Positions 35,101 through 45,125 of a stretch of DNA of 57,134 bases are shown here, in pieces. This DNA comes from an uncultured Desulfobacteraceae bacterium. GTDB lineage: Bacteria; Desulfobacterota; Desulfobacteria; Desulfobacterales; ETH-SRB1. The notes beneath the pieces are model-generated. The model worked only from the letters and a program-made list of their open reading frames with translations. It searched no databases and had not been told where the DNA came from. Position 1 is the stretch's first letter; each line of letters opens with the position of its first letter. The stretch lies in contig CAYYMU010000001.1 of NCBI GenBank assembly GCA_964472445.1, forward strand, positions 1 through 57,134, read 5' to 3'. The position numbers and the translations under genes were made by a program.

Positions 35101-36798
35101 CTACAATCTTCCTTTTCTTAGAATAGCTATCAAGAGCCATACACCCATTACTGCCGCTGAAACAAAACCTATAATACCGATTATAGATAATCCGTGAAAC
35201 AGGGGAGGAGTTTTAGCAAAAACTATAAGCGCAGAACCGATTATAAGAGATGCTATTACAATTGAAAAGGATATTCTATTGCTTATCTGGTTATAGGTTT
35301 CAAGCACAGGCTCAAATCCCTTGTGCTCAAACTTAATACTTAATTTCTGCTGTTTGATAAGGCGTGTAATTTCAAGAGTATCTTTGGGAAACTGCTGAAC
35401 AAATTGAACGAGGGCAGATATAAGGCCGAGAATATCACCTGCAATCCTTTTTGGATAAAACTTTGCGCGTTTTACCTTTTCAATAAACGGCGCTGCCTGG
35501 GCTATCATATCAAAATCAGGATTAAGCCGAAGACCAACGCCTTCTACAGCGCTGAAGACCTTCATCATAAGAAATATATCTGCCGGTATCCTTAAACGGT
35601 AGCGTGAAAGCATTTCAAGCAGATGCTGAAGCATTTTTCCGATTTTGATATCCTTGAGGGGTTTGTAAAGATGCTGGCCTAAAAATTCCGACACATCTCT
35701 TTCAAGCATCCGAATGTCAGGATCTTCATCACATGAGGTAAGCTTAAGAAGCGCCTGTGTGGTTTTTGCGGCATCTTTATGTACTATATGATCAATAAGA
35801 TCAACAAAATCTTCTCTGGTCTGCAAATCAACGGAACTCACCATTCCATAGTCAAGAAGGCATATCACATTATTTGGCAAAACATAAATGTTTCCTGGAT
35901 GCGGATCTGCATGAAAAAAACCGGACTCAAAAACCTGACGCAAATATAGATCTGCGCCGCGCGAGGTAATAATCTTTCTGTCAAGCCCCGCTTTATCTAT
36001 TTCGTCAATTTCAGATATCTTGATACCTTCCACAAATTCCATGGTCAAAACACGCGATGTTGTTGCATCTTTAAAGACTTTTGGAATATAAACAGTGGAA
36101 TCATCAAAAAATTCGCCGGCAAATCGCTCCATATTTGACGCTTCTATATTATAGTCTATTTCTCTTTCAATTGTTCTTGCAAATTCTTCGACTATTTTAA
36201 CAGGCCGGTGCAGGTCCATCTCCTCTATGTGATTTTCCATAAGGGTCGCCAGATGTAACATAATCTCTAGATCAATCTCTATGATTTTCCTGATACCCGG
36301 GCGCTTAACCTTCACTGCCACATCTTCGCCGTCTTTTAATCTTGCCCTGTAAACCTGGCCTATTGATGCGGAAGCAAGAGGAATATCCTCTATAAAATCA
36401 AACGTCTCTTCAAAAACAGGCCCAAGCTCTGTTTCTATTATTTTTTTTGCTTGATCTGAAGAAAATGGAGGAACCCTGTCCTGAAGTTTGGAAAGTTCGT
36501 TTATAAAATCAATTGATATAAGATCAGGACGTGTGGAAAGTATCTGTCCAAGCTTAATAAAAGTCGGGCCCAGCTCTTCAAAAGCCAGCCTGACTCTTTC
36601 CGCCTTTGAAAGTTTTTCAAGGCGGTCGCGCCGTTTTTTTGAAATCATGTTTAAGCCAATTTCAACATACTGCTCTATCTTTAAAACCTCGACAAGATCG
36701 CCAAATCCATACTTAAAGAAAACGCTCAGTATCTGTCGATAGCGGTTCAGGTTACGATAGGTGCGGCTTAAGACTCCAATTTTTCGTATGCTAAGCAT
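35101..36798 (-). CDS. ubiB: ABC1/UbiB-family atypical kinase
   Basis: 565 aa. LGPTFIKLGQILSTRPD, ASIGQVYRA, and FFHADPHPGNI motifs, with C-terminal TM helices. Confidence 0.85.
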   Translation of the reverse strand: MLSIRKIGVLSRTYRNLNRYRQILSVFFKYGFGDLVEVLKIEQYVEIGLNMISKKRRDRLEKLSKAERVRLAFEELGPTFIKLGQILSTRPDLISIDFINELSKLQDRVPPFSSDQAKKIIETELGPVFEETFDFIEDIPLASASIGQVYRARLKDGEDVAVKVKRPGIRKIIEIDLEIMLHLATLMENHIEEMDLHRPVKIVEEFARTIEREIDYNIEASNMERFAGEFFDDSTVYIPKVFKDATTSRVLTMEFVEGIKISEIDEIDKAGLDRKIITSRGADLYLRQVFESGFFHADPHPGNIYVLPNNVICLLDYGMVSSVDLQTREDFVDLIDHIVHKDAAKTTQALLKLTSCDEDPDIRMLERDVSEFLGQHLYKPLKDIKIGKMLQHLLEMLSRYRLRIPADIFLMMKVFSAVEGVGLRLNPDFDMIAQAAPFIEKVKRAKFYPKRIAGDILGLISALVQFVQQFPKDTLEITRLIKQQKLSIKFEHKGFEPVLETYNQISNRISFSIVIASLIIGSALIVFAKTPPLFHGLSIIGIIGFVSAAVMGVWLLIAILRKGRL

Positions 36799-36819
36799 TA
36801 TATTTTAACAAAGCCCTCA

Positions 36820-37122
36820 TTATTCTTTTTCACTTATAGCCTTTTTAAGATCCCTTATCTCTTTTTTCAATGCATTTAATTCATCGCTTGTTACCATATT
36901 CGCTTTTTTCATAACTTCCTTTACTGTTTGTTCAACTCGTTTTTCCAGCTTTTTTTGCGAGTCTTCATATTTTTTCCTCAGTTCTTTCAAGAACTTTTTT
37001 CCTTCAGTTTCAGATAACTCCCCCTGTTTTATTAAGTCTTCGGCCAGATTTTCCACTTCATCCTTTGTTTTAAGGGCAAGGCCAATGCCTGTTAGCATTG
37101 TTTTTTTCATAAAATCAAACAT
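36820..37122 (-). CDS. Phasin-family (PHA granule-associated-like) small coiled-coil protein
   Basis: 100 aa. MLTGIGLALKTKDEVE...LIKQGE.S..EGKKF is typical of this family. Confidence 0.6.
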   Translation of the reverse strand: MFDFMKKTMLTGIGLALKTKDEVENLAEDLIKQGELSETEGKKFLKELRKKYEDSQKKLEKRVEQTVKEVMKKANMVTSDELNALKKEIRDLKKAISEKE

Positions 37123-37208
37123 TATAACCCCCTTTTTTTATAATTTATCTGTTTATAACCGTAAACTGCGAACTATTATTACACGTATTTTTTGTATTTG
37201 GTACAAAT

Positions 37209-38363
37209 CTACCTGAGCCTGCCTACGACGGCACTCGCAATGGTATTTTTCTGAATTTCTTTTGTTCCTTCATATATCTCAGTAATTTTAGCATCACGGT
37301 AAAATCGTTCAACCTCATAATCAGCCATATATCCATATCCACCCAGCATCTGTATTGCTTCGTCAGAAACCTCCACCGCAGTTCTGGCGGCAAACATCTT
37401 TGCCATGGATGTAAGTTTGGGATCTATACGGCCCTGGTCAAAATTCCAGGCCGCCTTATAGGTTATAAGTCTGGCAAGCTCTATTTTTGTGGCCATGTCA
37501 GCTAATTTATGTTCCGTAACCTGAAATTGTGCTATTTTTTTCCCAAATTGCTCTCTCTGCTTAACATATGCCAGAGCTCTATCAAAAGCCCCCTGAGCTA
37601 TTCCAAGAGCCTGGGCAGCTATCAAAATCCTGCTTTCATCAAAAAATTCAAGTACTTGATAAAAACCTCTTCCCTCTTTTCCAACAAGATGAGATAATGG
37701 CACATGAACATCCTTAAAGGTCACCTCTGCAGTTGGCATCAGATGAATGCCCATCTTATCTCCAACATCCATTGAAGCTACCCCTTTCTGCTCAGCCTCA
37801 ACAAGAAACATACTCATGCCTCTGTAAGAAGGCTTAATATCTGAATCTGTCTGGCAAAGAACAGTATAAAAACCAGCAAGCCCGCCATTAGTAATAAAAG
37901 TTTTAGCGCCGTTAATGATCCACTCTTCTGAATCCTTTACTGCTGTAGTATTCATGAATGTTATGTCAGAACCATGATCAGGTTCAGTAAAAGCTCCGCC
38001 TGAAAGCATTTTCCCTTCTGCTACCGGAGGCAAAAATTTTTCCTTTAAATCATCACTGCCAAAACGCAAGATACATTCAGAAGCAAACGATGAAAGAATT
38101 AAAGCGCTTCCGACACTGGAATCACCGCTGCAAAACTCTTCGGCAACAAGAATGTTTTCCAAAACCCCAAGACCCTGCCCGGAATAATCTTCGGGAAAGT
38201 GAATGCCTATAAATCCAAGATCTGCTGCTTTTCCCCAGATTTTCTTTGGAAATTCATGTTTTTTTACAAGTTCAAGTATAAGCTCTTTTTTGAATTCACC
38301 TTTTACAAAATCCCTTGCTGCTTTCTTAATCTCTTTTTGCGACCTTGACAGCTCAAAATCCAT
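37209..38363 (-). CDS. Acyl-CoA dehydrogenase
   Basis: 384 aa. GAFTEPDHGSD, NGAKTFITNG and a C-terminal YEGT.EIQ motif. Confidence 0.9.
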   Translation of the reverse strand: MDFELSRSQKEIKKAARDFVKGEFKKELILELVKKHEFPKKIWGKAADLGFIGIHFPEDYSGQGLGVLENILVAEEFCSGDSSVGSALILSSFASECILRFGSDDLKEKFLPPVAEGKMLSGGAFTEPDHGSDITFMNTTAVKDSEEWIINGAKTFITNGGLAGFYTVLCQTDSDIKPSYRGMSMFLVEAEQKGVASMDVGDKMGIHLMPTAEVTFKDVHVPLSHLVGKEGRGFYQVLEFFDESRILIAAQALGIAQGAFDRALAYVKQREQFGKKIAQFQVTEHKLADMATKIELARLITYKAAWNFDQGRIDPKLTSMAKMFAARTAVEVSDEAIQMLGGYGYMADYEVERFYRDAKITEIYEGTKEIQKNTIASAVVGRLR

Positions 38364-38679
38364 TTAATCCTCCCATATTTATTCGTAAAAAGCTTTAAAC
38401 AATCAGTCTTTAGTTGTGATTACGTAACTGCTCAGCTTTTTAGCCTGAAGGCTTCGCTATGCCGCTTCGCAGTACTGAAGACTGGAATAATTTTTAGAAC
38501 TTTTTTATAATTTTGTGAAAATTAACATAGACATAAGGCTATTGCAAGGAGTTTAAACCCTTGTAAAAAGGTCTATCCCTTTGTAAATTTTTGGCAAAAG
38601 ACACTTGACTCTTTTATTTATCTGGGCTAGGTATCAAAATTTTACTTTTAACCCTTTAAAAAGAAAAACAGATAATAAT

Positions 38680-39465
38680 ATGCCTTTTTCAATAGCCATC
38701 GCAGGAAAGGGTGGTACAGGAAAAACAACCTTAGCGTGCATGCTGATTAAATACCTGGTCAATAAAGGCAAAACCCCTGTCCTTGCGGTAGATGCTGATG
38801 CAAATGCAAATTTAAACGAAGTACTCGGACTTGAGGTTTTTGATACAATTGGCAATGCCCGCGAAGAAATGAAAAACAACAAAGTCCCTCTTGGGTTAAC
38901 CAAAGATGTCTTTATGTCCATTAAACTGGAACAGGCCATAATTGAGTCAAAAGGTTATGACCTGCTGGTTATGGGGCAGCCCGAAGGAGCCGGCTGTTAT
39001 TGTGCTGTAAATAATCTTCTTGCAGGATTACTGGATCGGCTGACCGGTAATTATTCTTATATTGTAATGGATAATGAAGCTGGAATGGAGCATATAAGCC
39101 GGCTGACTACAAAAAATGTTGATCTGCTTCTCATTGTTTCTGATGCATCAAAACGCGGTCTTCAGACTGCGGCAAGAATTAATGAACTCGCAAAAAATCT
39201 GAACATAGTTGCCGGTAAAAGTTATCTTATCTTAAACAGGACAAAGGAAGCCATATCTGATTTATTCCAAGATATAATAAAAAAGAAAAATCTTGAACTT
39301 GCAGGAATAATACCTGATAATAATATTATATATGAATATGATTTAAATGGACGTCCGACAATAGAACTGACCAGCGAAAATCATGCTGTAAAAGCAGCAT
39401 TTTTAATATTTGATAAAATTATAGGCTCAAATAATATTGATGCACTCGTAAAAAGTCATTTGTAA
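38680..39465 (+). CDS. CooC-type (CO dehydrogenase maturation factor-like) MinD/ParA-family ATPase
   Basis: Deviant Walker A AGKGGTGKTT and a CxC motif (GAGCYCAVN). ATG 38680 is preferred over the ORF-track start at 38605. The last 7 codons and the stop lie inside the MITE at 39439. Confidence 0.7.
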   Translation: MPFSIAIAGKGGTGKTTLACMLIKYLVNKGKTPVLAVDADANANLNEVLGLEVFDTIGNAREEMKNNKVPLGLTKDVFMSIKLEQAIIESKGYDLLVMGQPEGAGCYCAVNNLLAGLLDRLTGNYSYIVMDNEAGMEHISRLTTKNVDLLLIVSDASKRGLQTAARINELAKNLNIVAGKSYLILNRTKEAISDLFQDIIKKKNLELAGIIPDNNIIYEYDLNGRPTIELTSENHAVKAAFLIFDKIIGSNNIDALVKSHL

Positions 39466-39626
39466 GAAACATTGAGCAGTTTTGGAAAAAGATTCGGATT
39501 GAGTCTGGCGTTAAAAATTGCAAGCTGTTTGAGGGCGTTAGCCCGAGTTCTTGCAATTTAGCCAGAATTAATCTGAATCCCGAAAATGCTCACAGAGCGA
39601 ACAAATTCGATTTTTACGAAACCGTC
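39439..39626. mobile_element. MITE family 1, 188-bp variant
   Basis: Same termini as the other copies, flanked by the 6-bp duplication AATATT (39433-39438 and 39627-39632). It lacks a 47-bp internal segment present in the copy at 32885. Confidence 0.85.
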
Positions 39627-39729
39627 AATATTAATTCGTAACAAATCAAGATCCGAAAACATGTGATTTCAACCAGAAGCAATAGGGATTTGAAAAATAC
39701 TCAATCAGGAATGCGTCAAAGAGAGTTAT

Positions 39730-40683
39730 ATGAAAAAGACAGGTTTTTTATTTGATGAAAGATATCTGCTCCATGAGACAGGCCCCTGTCATCCAGAAAC
39801 GCCAGCAAGACTTAAAGCTGTTTATCAGGGGATAAAAGACGCAGGACTTATCCCCAAGCTTACCCCAATTAAAGCCAGTCTGCCGGATTTAAAATGGATC
39901 AGGGCCGTACATGACAAGGAATACATTGAACGATTTGAAAAGGCCTGCCTTTCAGGCGATTCAACATTTGACTGCCCTGACAACCGTATGTGCCCGGAGA
40001 CATATAAAACAGCGCTTCTGGTTGCGGGCGGCATACTTGACACTGCAAATCGTATCATGAATTCAGAAATAATCAATGCCTTCTGCGCTGTAAGACCTCC
40101 CGGCCACCATGCGGAAATTAACAAGGCAATGGGATTTTGCTATTTTAATAATGCAGCAATTACAGCAAGATATCTACAAAAGGAATGGGGCATAAAAAGG
40201 GTTGGTATTGCCGATTTCGATGTTCATCACGGCAATGGTACGCAGCATATATTTGAAGACGACCCGGATGTTTTTTATTATTCAATCCATCAGCATCCTT
40301 CATTTGCATATCCAGGAACTGGACGAGAATTCGAAAAAGGTGAAGGAGCAGGATTGGGATTTACCAAAAATTCTCCGGTTTTGCCGGGCAAAGGGGATGG
40401 TGAATACAAGCAGTTTATAGAAAAGGACCTTTGCTCTGCCTTTGAATCATTTAAGCCGGAGGTAATTATTGTGTCGTGCGGCTTTGACGGCCATATTGAT
40501 GATGATATGTCGGATATCAAGCTGTCCACTGAATTTTTTTCATGGATAATTAAACGCCTGCTTAAATTGGCGGACAAATACTCAAACAAAAGGTTAATTT
40601 CCATTCTTGAGGGCGGTTATTCCATTAAACGCCTTCCAGAACTCGCTAAAAACCATGTTGATATTTTGATAAATCATAGATAA
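39730..40683 (+). CDS. Histone-deacetylase-family (AcuC-like) Zn-dependent deacetylase
   Basis: 317 aa. RPPGHHA, DFDVHHGNGTQ and EGGY motifs. Confidence 0.85.
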   Translation: MKKTGFLFDERYLLHETGPCHPETPARLKAVYQGIKDAGLIPKLTPIKASLPDLKWIRAVHDKEYIERFEKACLSGDSTFDCPDNRMCPETYKTALLVAGGILDTANRIMNSEIINAFCAVRPPGHHAEINKAMGFCYFNNAAITARYLQKEWGIKRVGIADFDVHHGNGTQHIFEDDPDVFYYSIHQHPSFAYPGTGREFEKGEGAGLGFTKNSPVLPGKGDGEYKQFIEKDLCSAFESFKPEVIIVSCGFDGHIDDDMSDIKLSTEFFSWIIKRLLKLADKYSNKRLISILEGGYSIKRLPELAKNHVDILINHR

Positions 40684-40721
40684 TAAATAAAAAATATTGA
40701 ACACAAGCAGTGGAGGAAAAA

Positions 40722-41402
40722 ATGTTTATCAGCAAATCGATGACTAAAAATGTTATCACAATCAATAAAGACGCTGATATTTTAGAGGCAAGAGAAAAAA
40801 TGGATGAACATCGAATACGTCATATTCCTGTTATAACCAAAGATCGTCACCTGATTGGAATTATTTCGGATCGTGATATTAGAAGCGCCATGCCTTCAAA
40901 ACCTTTAAACGATTACAAAAATAAAAAAATAAATGATAAGGTTTTAAACCTCAAAGTAAAAGACGTAATGACAATAGATCCTGTTACCATTTCTCCATTA
41001 AATACTATTCAAGACGCTCTTGTGCTTATCCAGAAGACACGTGTTGGAGCTTTTCCTGTTGTAGATGAAAAAGAAAAACTCAGAGGAATGATATCTGTAC
41101 GAGATCTTCTTCGAGCATTTATCAATGTAATGGGCATGGAAGACCCCGGAACATTAATTTGTGTTATTGTGGACGAAAAGCTCGGTCAGATGAAAAAAAT
41201 CGTCGACGCAATAACTGAAGAACATGTTTCCCTTGGAAGTGTTATGGTGGCAAGATGCTGGGATGAAGGGAAACGCGCTGTTTTTCCGTATTTATTGACT
41301 CAAAACACAACTATTTTAAAAAGAAAATTCAAGAAAATGGGCTTTGAAGTGCTTGACCCGATGCAATGGTATATTGATCAACAGCCTAAAACGCACAATT
41401 GA
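40722..41402 (+). CDS. CBS-pair plus ACT-like domain protein (AcuB-like)
   Basis: Two CBS repeats (M...VITI...HIPV; VMT.DPVTI...FPVV) and a C-terminal ACT-like segment. The GGAGG inside the ORF-track extension serves ATG 40722. Confidence 0.7.
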   Translation: MFISKSMTKNVITINKDADILEAREKMDEHRIRHIPVITKDRHLIGIISDRDIRSAMPSKPLNDYKNKKINDKVLNLKVKDVMTIDPVTISPLNTIQDALVLIQKTRVGAFPVVDEKEKLRGMISVRDLLRAFINVMGMEDPGTLICVIVDEKLGQMKKIVDAITEEHVSLGSVMVARCWDEGKRAVFPYLLTQNTTILKRKFKKMGFEVLDPMQWYIDQQPKTHN

Positions 41403-41408
41403 AAAATT

Positions 41409-42764
41409 TTAAATAATGCTTTTTAGTTTTTTAGATAAATAACTATTTTCGACGCCTATTGATTTGGCTGTTTTTGTAATATTGTTATTATTCTGAGAAA
41501 GCCTTCTTTGGATAAACTCCCTTTCAAAAGTTTTTTTTGCGTCCTTTAAGTTGTCAATTGCAAACAATCGAGACTCAACAGTTCCCAAACCCCTCTCAAA
41601 ATTTGGATTGTATTGAACCGGTATATCGGAAACATTAATTACATCTTTTTCTGCCATGATAGCCATACGCTCTACAAGGTTTTTCAGTTCTCTTACATTC
41701 CCGGGCCACGAATAGCTGCATAATATATCAAGAGCCTCATCTGTAATTTCCTTCTTTTTACTGTGATTTTGTCTTGCGCTTTCATTAAAAAAGTTTTCAA
41801 TTAAAAATGGAATATCTTCGCAACGATCTCTCAAACTCGGAACCTCGATAGGTATTACATTCAACCGAAAATAAAGATCCTCTCTAAAACTTTTCTTCTC
41901 AATCTCTTTTTCAAGATCTTTGTTGCTAGACGCAATTATCCTGACATTAACACTTAGTATTCTACTCCCTCCGACGCGATGGAAATTCTGTTCCTGAAGC
42001 ACGCGAAGAATCTTGGCCTGGGTCTTTAAACTCATATCACCTACTTCATCGAGAAAAATCGTTCCATTGCTTGCCAATTCAAATTTGCCCCTTTTCTTTC
42101 TGGTCGCTTCTGTAAATACCCCTTTCTCATGGCCGAACAGCTCGCTTTCAATCATATCCTCTGGAATTGCCGCACAACTGACATCAATAAAAGGCTTGTC
42201 GGCTCTTGGGCTTAGCTGATGAATAGTACGCGCTACAAGTTCCTTGCCTGTGCCGTTTTCTCCTGTAATAAGAATCCCGGCATCTGTCGGAGCTGCAATC
42301 GCTATCTGTTTTTTAAGCGCTATGGTTAAAGGACTGTTTCCATTTATCGAGTTTTTTTCTATTGTTTTTTTACGAAGATATCTATTCTCCTCTTCAAGCC
42401 TCCTGAAATTCAGCGCATTATTAATAGCAACAATAATTTTATCAATTGAAAGCGGTTTTTCAATTAAATCAAACGCTCCGATCTTTGTGGCATTGACAGC
42501 GGTTTCTATTGTTCCATGTCCTGATATTATTATTACCTGGATAAAAGCATTCTTTTTTTTTATTTCCTTTAGGGTTTCAATTCCGTCGATGCCCGGCATC
42601 CATATATCAAGCAAAACAAGATCCGGTGATTCGCTTTCGATAATCTTTAAGGCTTCATAGCCATTGTTGGCGGTTATAATTTCAAACCCTTCATCAGAAA
42701 GCAGTCCGCTTAAAGACTGGAGTATGGATGGCTCATCGTCAACAATCAAAATAGATGGAAACAT
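41409..42764 (-). CDS. NtrC-family response regulator, NtrX-like (variant GAFTGA loop)
   Basis: 451 aa with receiver, AAA+ (GENGTGKE, IFLDEVGD) and HTH domains. The GAFTGA position reads GVFTEA. Lies downstream of the NtrY-like kinase. Confidence 0.8.
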   Translation of the reverse strand: MFPSILIVDDEPSILQSLSGLLSDEGFEIITANNGYEALKIIESESPDLVLLDIWMPGIDGIETLKEIKKKNAFIQVIIISGHGTIETAVNATKIGAFDLIEKPLSIDKIIVAINNALNFRRLEEENRYLRKKTIEKNSINGNSPLTIALKKQIAIAAPTDAGILITGENGTGKELVARTIHQLSPRADKPFIDVSCAAIPEDMIESELFGHEKGVFTEATRKKRGKFELASNGTIFLDEVGDMSLKTQAKILRVLQEQNFHRVGGSRILSVNVRIIASSNKDLEKEIEKKSFREDLYFRLNVIPIEVPSLRDRCEDIPFLIENFFNESARQNHSKKKEITDEALDILCSYSWPGNVRELKNLVERMAIMAEKDVINVSDIPVQYNPNFERGLGTVESRLFAIDNLKDAKKTFEREFIQRRLSQNNNNITKTAKSIGVENSYLSKKLKSII

Positions 42765-42862
42765 ATTGCAAAACTCCTATATAAAAATTAGTAATCGTTC
42801 ACGGTTGTCAGTTCACAGTTTTTTTTAACTGTGAACCGATAACTGTAAACTGTTAACGATTA

Positions 42863-45100
42863 TTATTGTACCGGCAGCTCTATTACAAATTTAGCCCCCT
42901 GTGGCTTATTATCCTGCACCCGTATCACACCCTTATGATCAGCAATGATCGTACTTACAATTGTCAGGCCTAACCCCATACCCGACTTCTTTGTTGAAAA
43001 ATAAGGCTCAAAAAGATGTGTCTTCTCTTCATCGGAAATACCCTGTCCATTATCTGCCACCTCTATACGAATAAGCTTTAGAATAGAATCATTGGTTAAT
43101 GTTATCGAAATCCTGCCATTCCCCTTAATAGAAGCAATGGCATTAATAACAAGATTAATCATAGCCTGCTTAATCTGCTGACGGTCAATATTTAAAGAAG
43201 GAATGTCATCGCTTGCGTTTATTTCAAAATCTATATTTTCATGGCTTCCACTGTATAAAGAGACAGTCTCTTCAATGATAGGCAGCAAATTACAGACAGT
43301 GGGATTTGCTGATGGAAACCTTGCAAACGCGGAAAACTCATTTACCAGATTTCTAATCAAATCAACATGATCGATTATCATCTTAACACATTCCTCAAAA
43401 ACCGGTTCATTTATCCTGGCTGAATATTTTCTTTTTAGACGCTGGGCTGAAAGAGAAACAGGAGTTAATGGATTTTTAACTTCATGAGCGATTCTGCGTG
43501 CAACTTCACGCCAGGCTGCCATACGCTGCCCCTTTTCCAGCTCCGTAAGATCATCAAAAACCATTACTATTCCCAAATGTTTTCCTGTATCATCTTTAAG
43601 CGCATTAATATGCATCATAAAACTGCGCGGCCTTCCATCTATGGTTAATTTAAGAGGAAGAATCACATCATTCCTGCTGGGTCTGGTCAGGCTATCCATT
43701 ACTTCTTCTGCAAGATCCAGGTGTTGCCCCTTGAGCAGATTCTTATAGTTTTTATTCAGGATGTCCTTAGGATTGAGATTAAGCATCTTTTCGGCTGACT
43801 TGTTTATTGTTGATACAAGACCGGTTGGCCCAAGAGTTATTACACCGGCAGAAACATTTTTTAATACTATTTCCATATGCTGACGTCTTTTTTCTATCTC
43901 AACATTTTGTTCGCGAAGCATCTGCGCGGAAAGTTCCAGCTGTTCTCTGCTGGTTCTTAAATCACGTGTCATCATGTTAAATGAATCAACAAGAGTGCCC
44001 ATTTCAGCATCAGCTACAAGACTGATACTGAAACCCAAGTCTCCTTCAGCTACCCTTCTTGTTCCCTCTGCCAGCTCCATGATCGGTATTGTGATAGATT
44101 TTGCCAGATAAAATCCAAACCATATTGCACAAAAAACAACCAGAAGCGCCACAATTGAAAGTGTAATATAATAGGTTGTCTGGATTGGTTTTTTAAGGAG
44201 TGTTATTTGCTGATATTCCTCAAAACCTCTTGATATGGATGCCATATTTTCAGAAAGGTCGGCAGGGATTAAAACAGATACTACAATAAAAGCTTTTGCG
44301 TCTGTATTTTTTATGCCAAAAGGAATGGTCCCGATAGTTCTTATAATCTCTCCTTTTGGATTTTTTTCAAAAACCGATCTCACACCTTTAAGTTCTATGT
44401 CCTTCTGAAAATTATCCACAGAAACAACTCGAAAGGGTTTATCTTCCAGTTCCTTGGCAAGGGCGAATGTAAGACGGTTCGCATTGGGGCTGTAAATTTC
44501 AACAGCATCAACATTAAATGCCCTTTGAACAACCTGAACATAGTGGGAAAGAGCTTTCTTTTTCTGTTCATCTAAAAGTTTTCTGGTATTTATCTGATAA
44601 GCGATTCTTTCCAGATAAAAACTGTTGTTTTCTTCTGCATTATTATACAGGTGCCGTCCAACAAGCAACGAATTTTCAAGAGCCTTTTCCACTGGAACAT
44701 TAAACCAGAATTCAATGCTGGTTGTAATAAAGCTTATCGAAAAGAAAAAAAGTACAATAGTAGGTAAAAGAGTAAGTGTAACAAAGGCTGCAACAAGTCT
44801 TGTGCGAAGCTTTGCACCCATCACCTTGCGCTTCCTGTCATAAAGAAGCTTTACCAGATTTCTGAATACAAGAAATATCAAAAGGAGAAGCAGCAACATA
44901 TTGATGTTAATCAATATGAACATCAATATTGTATTAGAAATTGGTATTTCCGCCCCAAAATGTATTACCCTGTTTTCAACAAAAGCCAGGACAATAACAA
45001 CAAGAATAATAACAACAATCAGTATGCCTTCACGTTTACGTCTTTTGCGTTCTTGTTCTGGAATAAAAGGTTTTGGGCTTTTGAATATATTATTACTCAT
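42863..45100 (-). CDS. NtrY-like sensor histidine kinase (multi-TM, HAMP, PAS, HisKA, HATPase)
   Basis: 745 aa. H-box IAHEVKNPLTP. N/G boxes. N-terminal membrane domain with four helices. Confidence 0.8.
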   Translation of the reverse strand: MSNNIFKSPKPFIPEQERKRRKREGILIVVIILVVIVLAFVENRVIHFGAEIPISNTILMFILININMLLLLLLIFLVFRNLVKLLYDRKRKVMGAKLRTRLVAAFVTLTLLPTIVLFFFSISFITTSIEFWFNVPVEKALENSLLVGRHLYNNAEENNSFYLERIAYQINTRKLLDEQKKKALSHYVQVVQRAFNVDAVEIYSPNANRLTFALAKELEDKPFRVVSVDNFQKDIELKGVRSVFEKNPKGEIIRTIGTIPFGIKNTDAKAFIVVSVLIPADLSENMASISRGFEEYQQITLLKKPIQTTYYITLSIVALLVVFCAIWFGFYLAKSITIPIMELAEGTRRVAEGDLGFSISLVADAEMGTLVDSFNMMTRDLRTSREQLELSAQMLREQNVEIEKRRQHMEIVLKNVSAGVITLGPTGLVSTINKSAEKMLNLNPKDILNKNYKNLLKGQHLDLAEEVMDSLTRPSRNDVILPLKLTIDGRPRSFMMHINALKDDTGKHLGIVMVFDDLTELEKGQRMAAWREVARRIAHEVKNPLTPVSLSAQRLKRKYSARINEPVFEECVKMIIDHVDLIRNLVNEFSAFARFPSANPTVCNLLPIIEETVSLYSGSHENIDFEINASDDIPSLNIDRQQIKQAMINLVINAIASIKGNGRISITLTNDSILKLIRIEVADNGQGISDEEKTHLFEPYFSTKKSGMGLGLTIVSTIIADHKGVIRVQDNKPQGAKFVIELPVQ

Positions 45101-45125
45101 AATAGATGCGGAACAATTAAGATTT

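Noticed and set aside
38364-38480. TTCGTAAAAAGC and AACTGCTCAG strings upstream of the acyl-CoA dehydrogenase gene that recall MITE family 1.
   Set aside because: The similarity is limited to two roughly 10-nt words in inconsistent order and orientation, with no inverted repeats or duplication.
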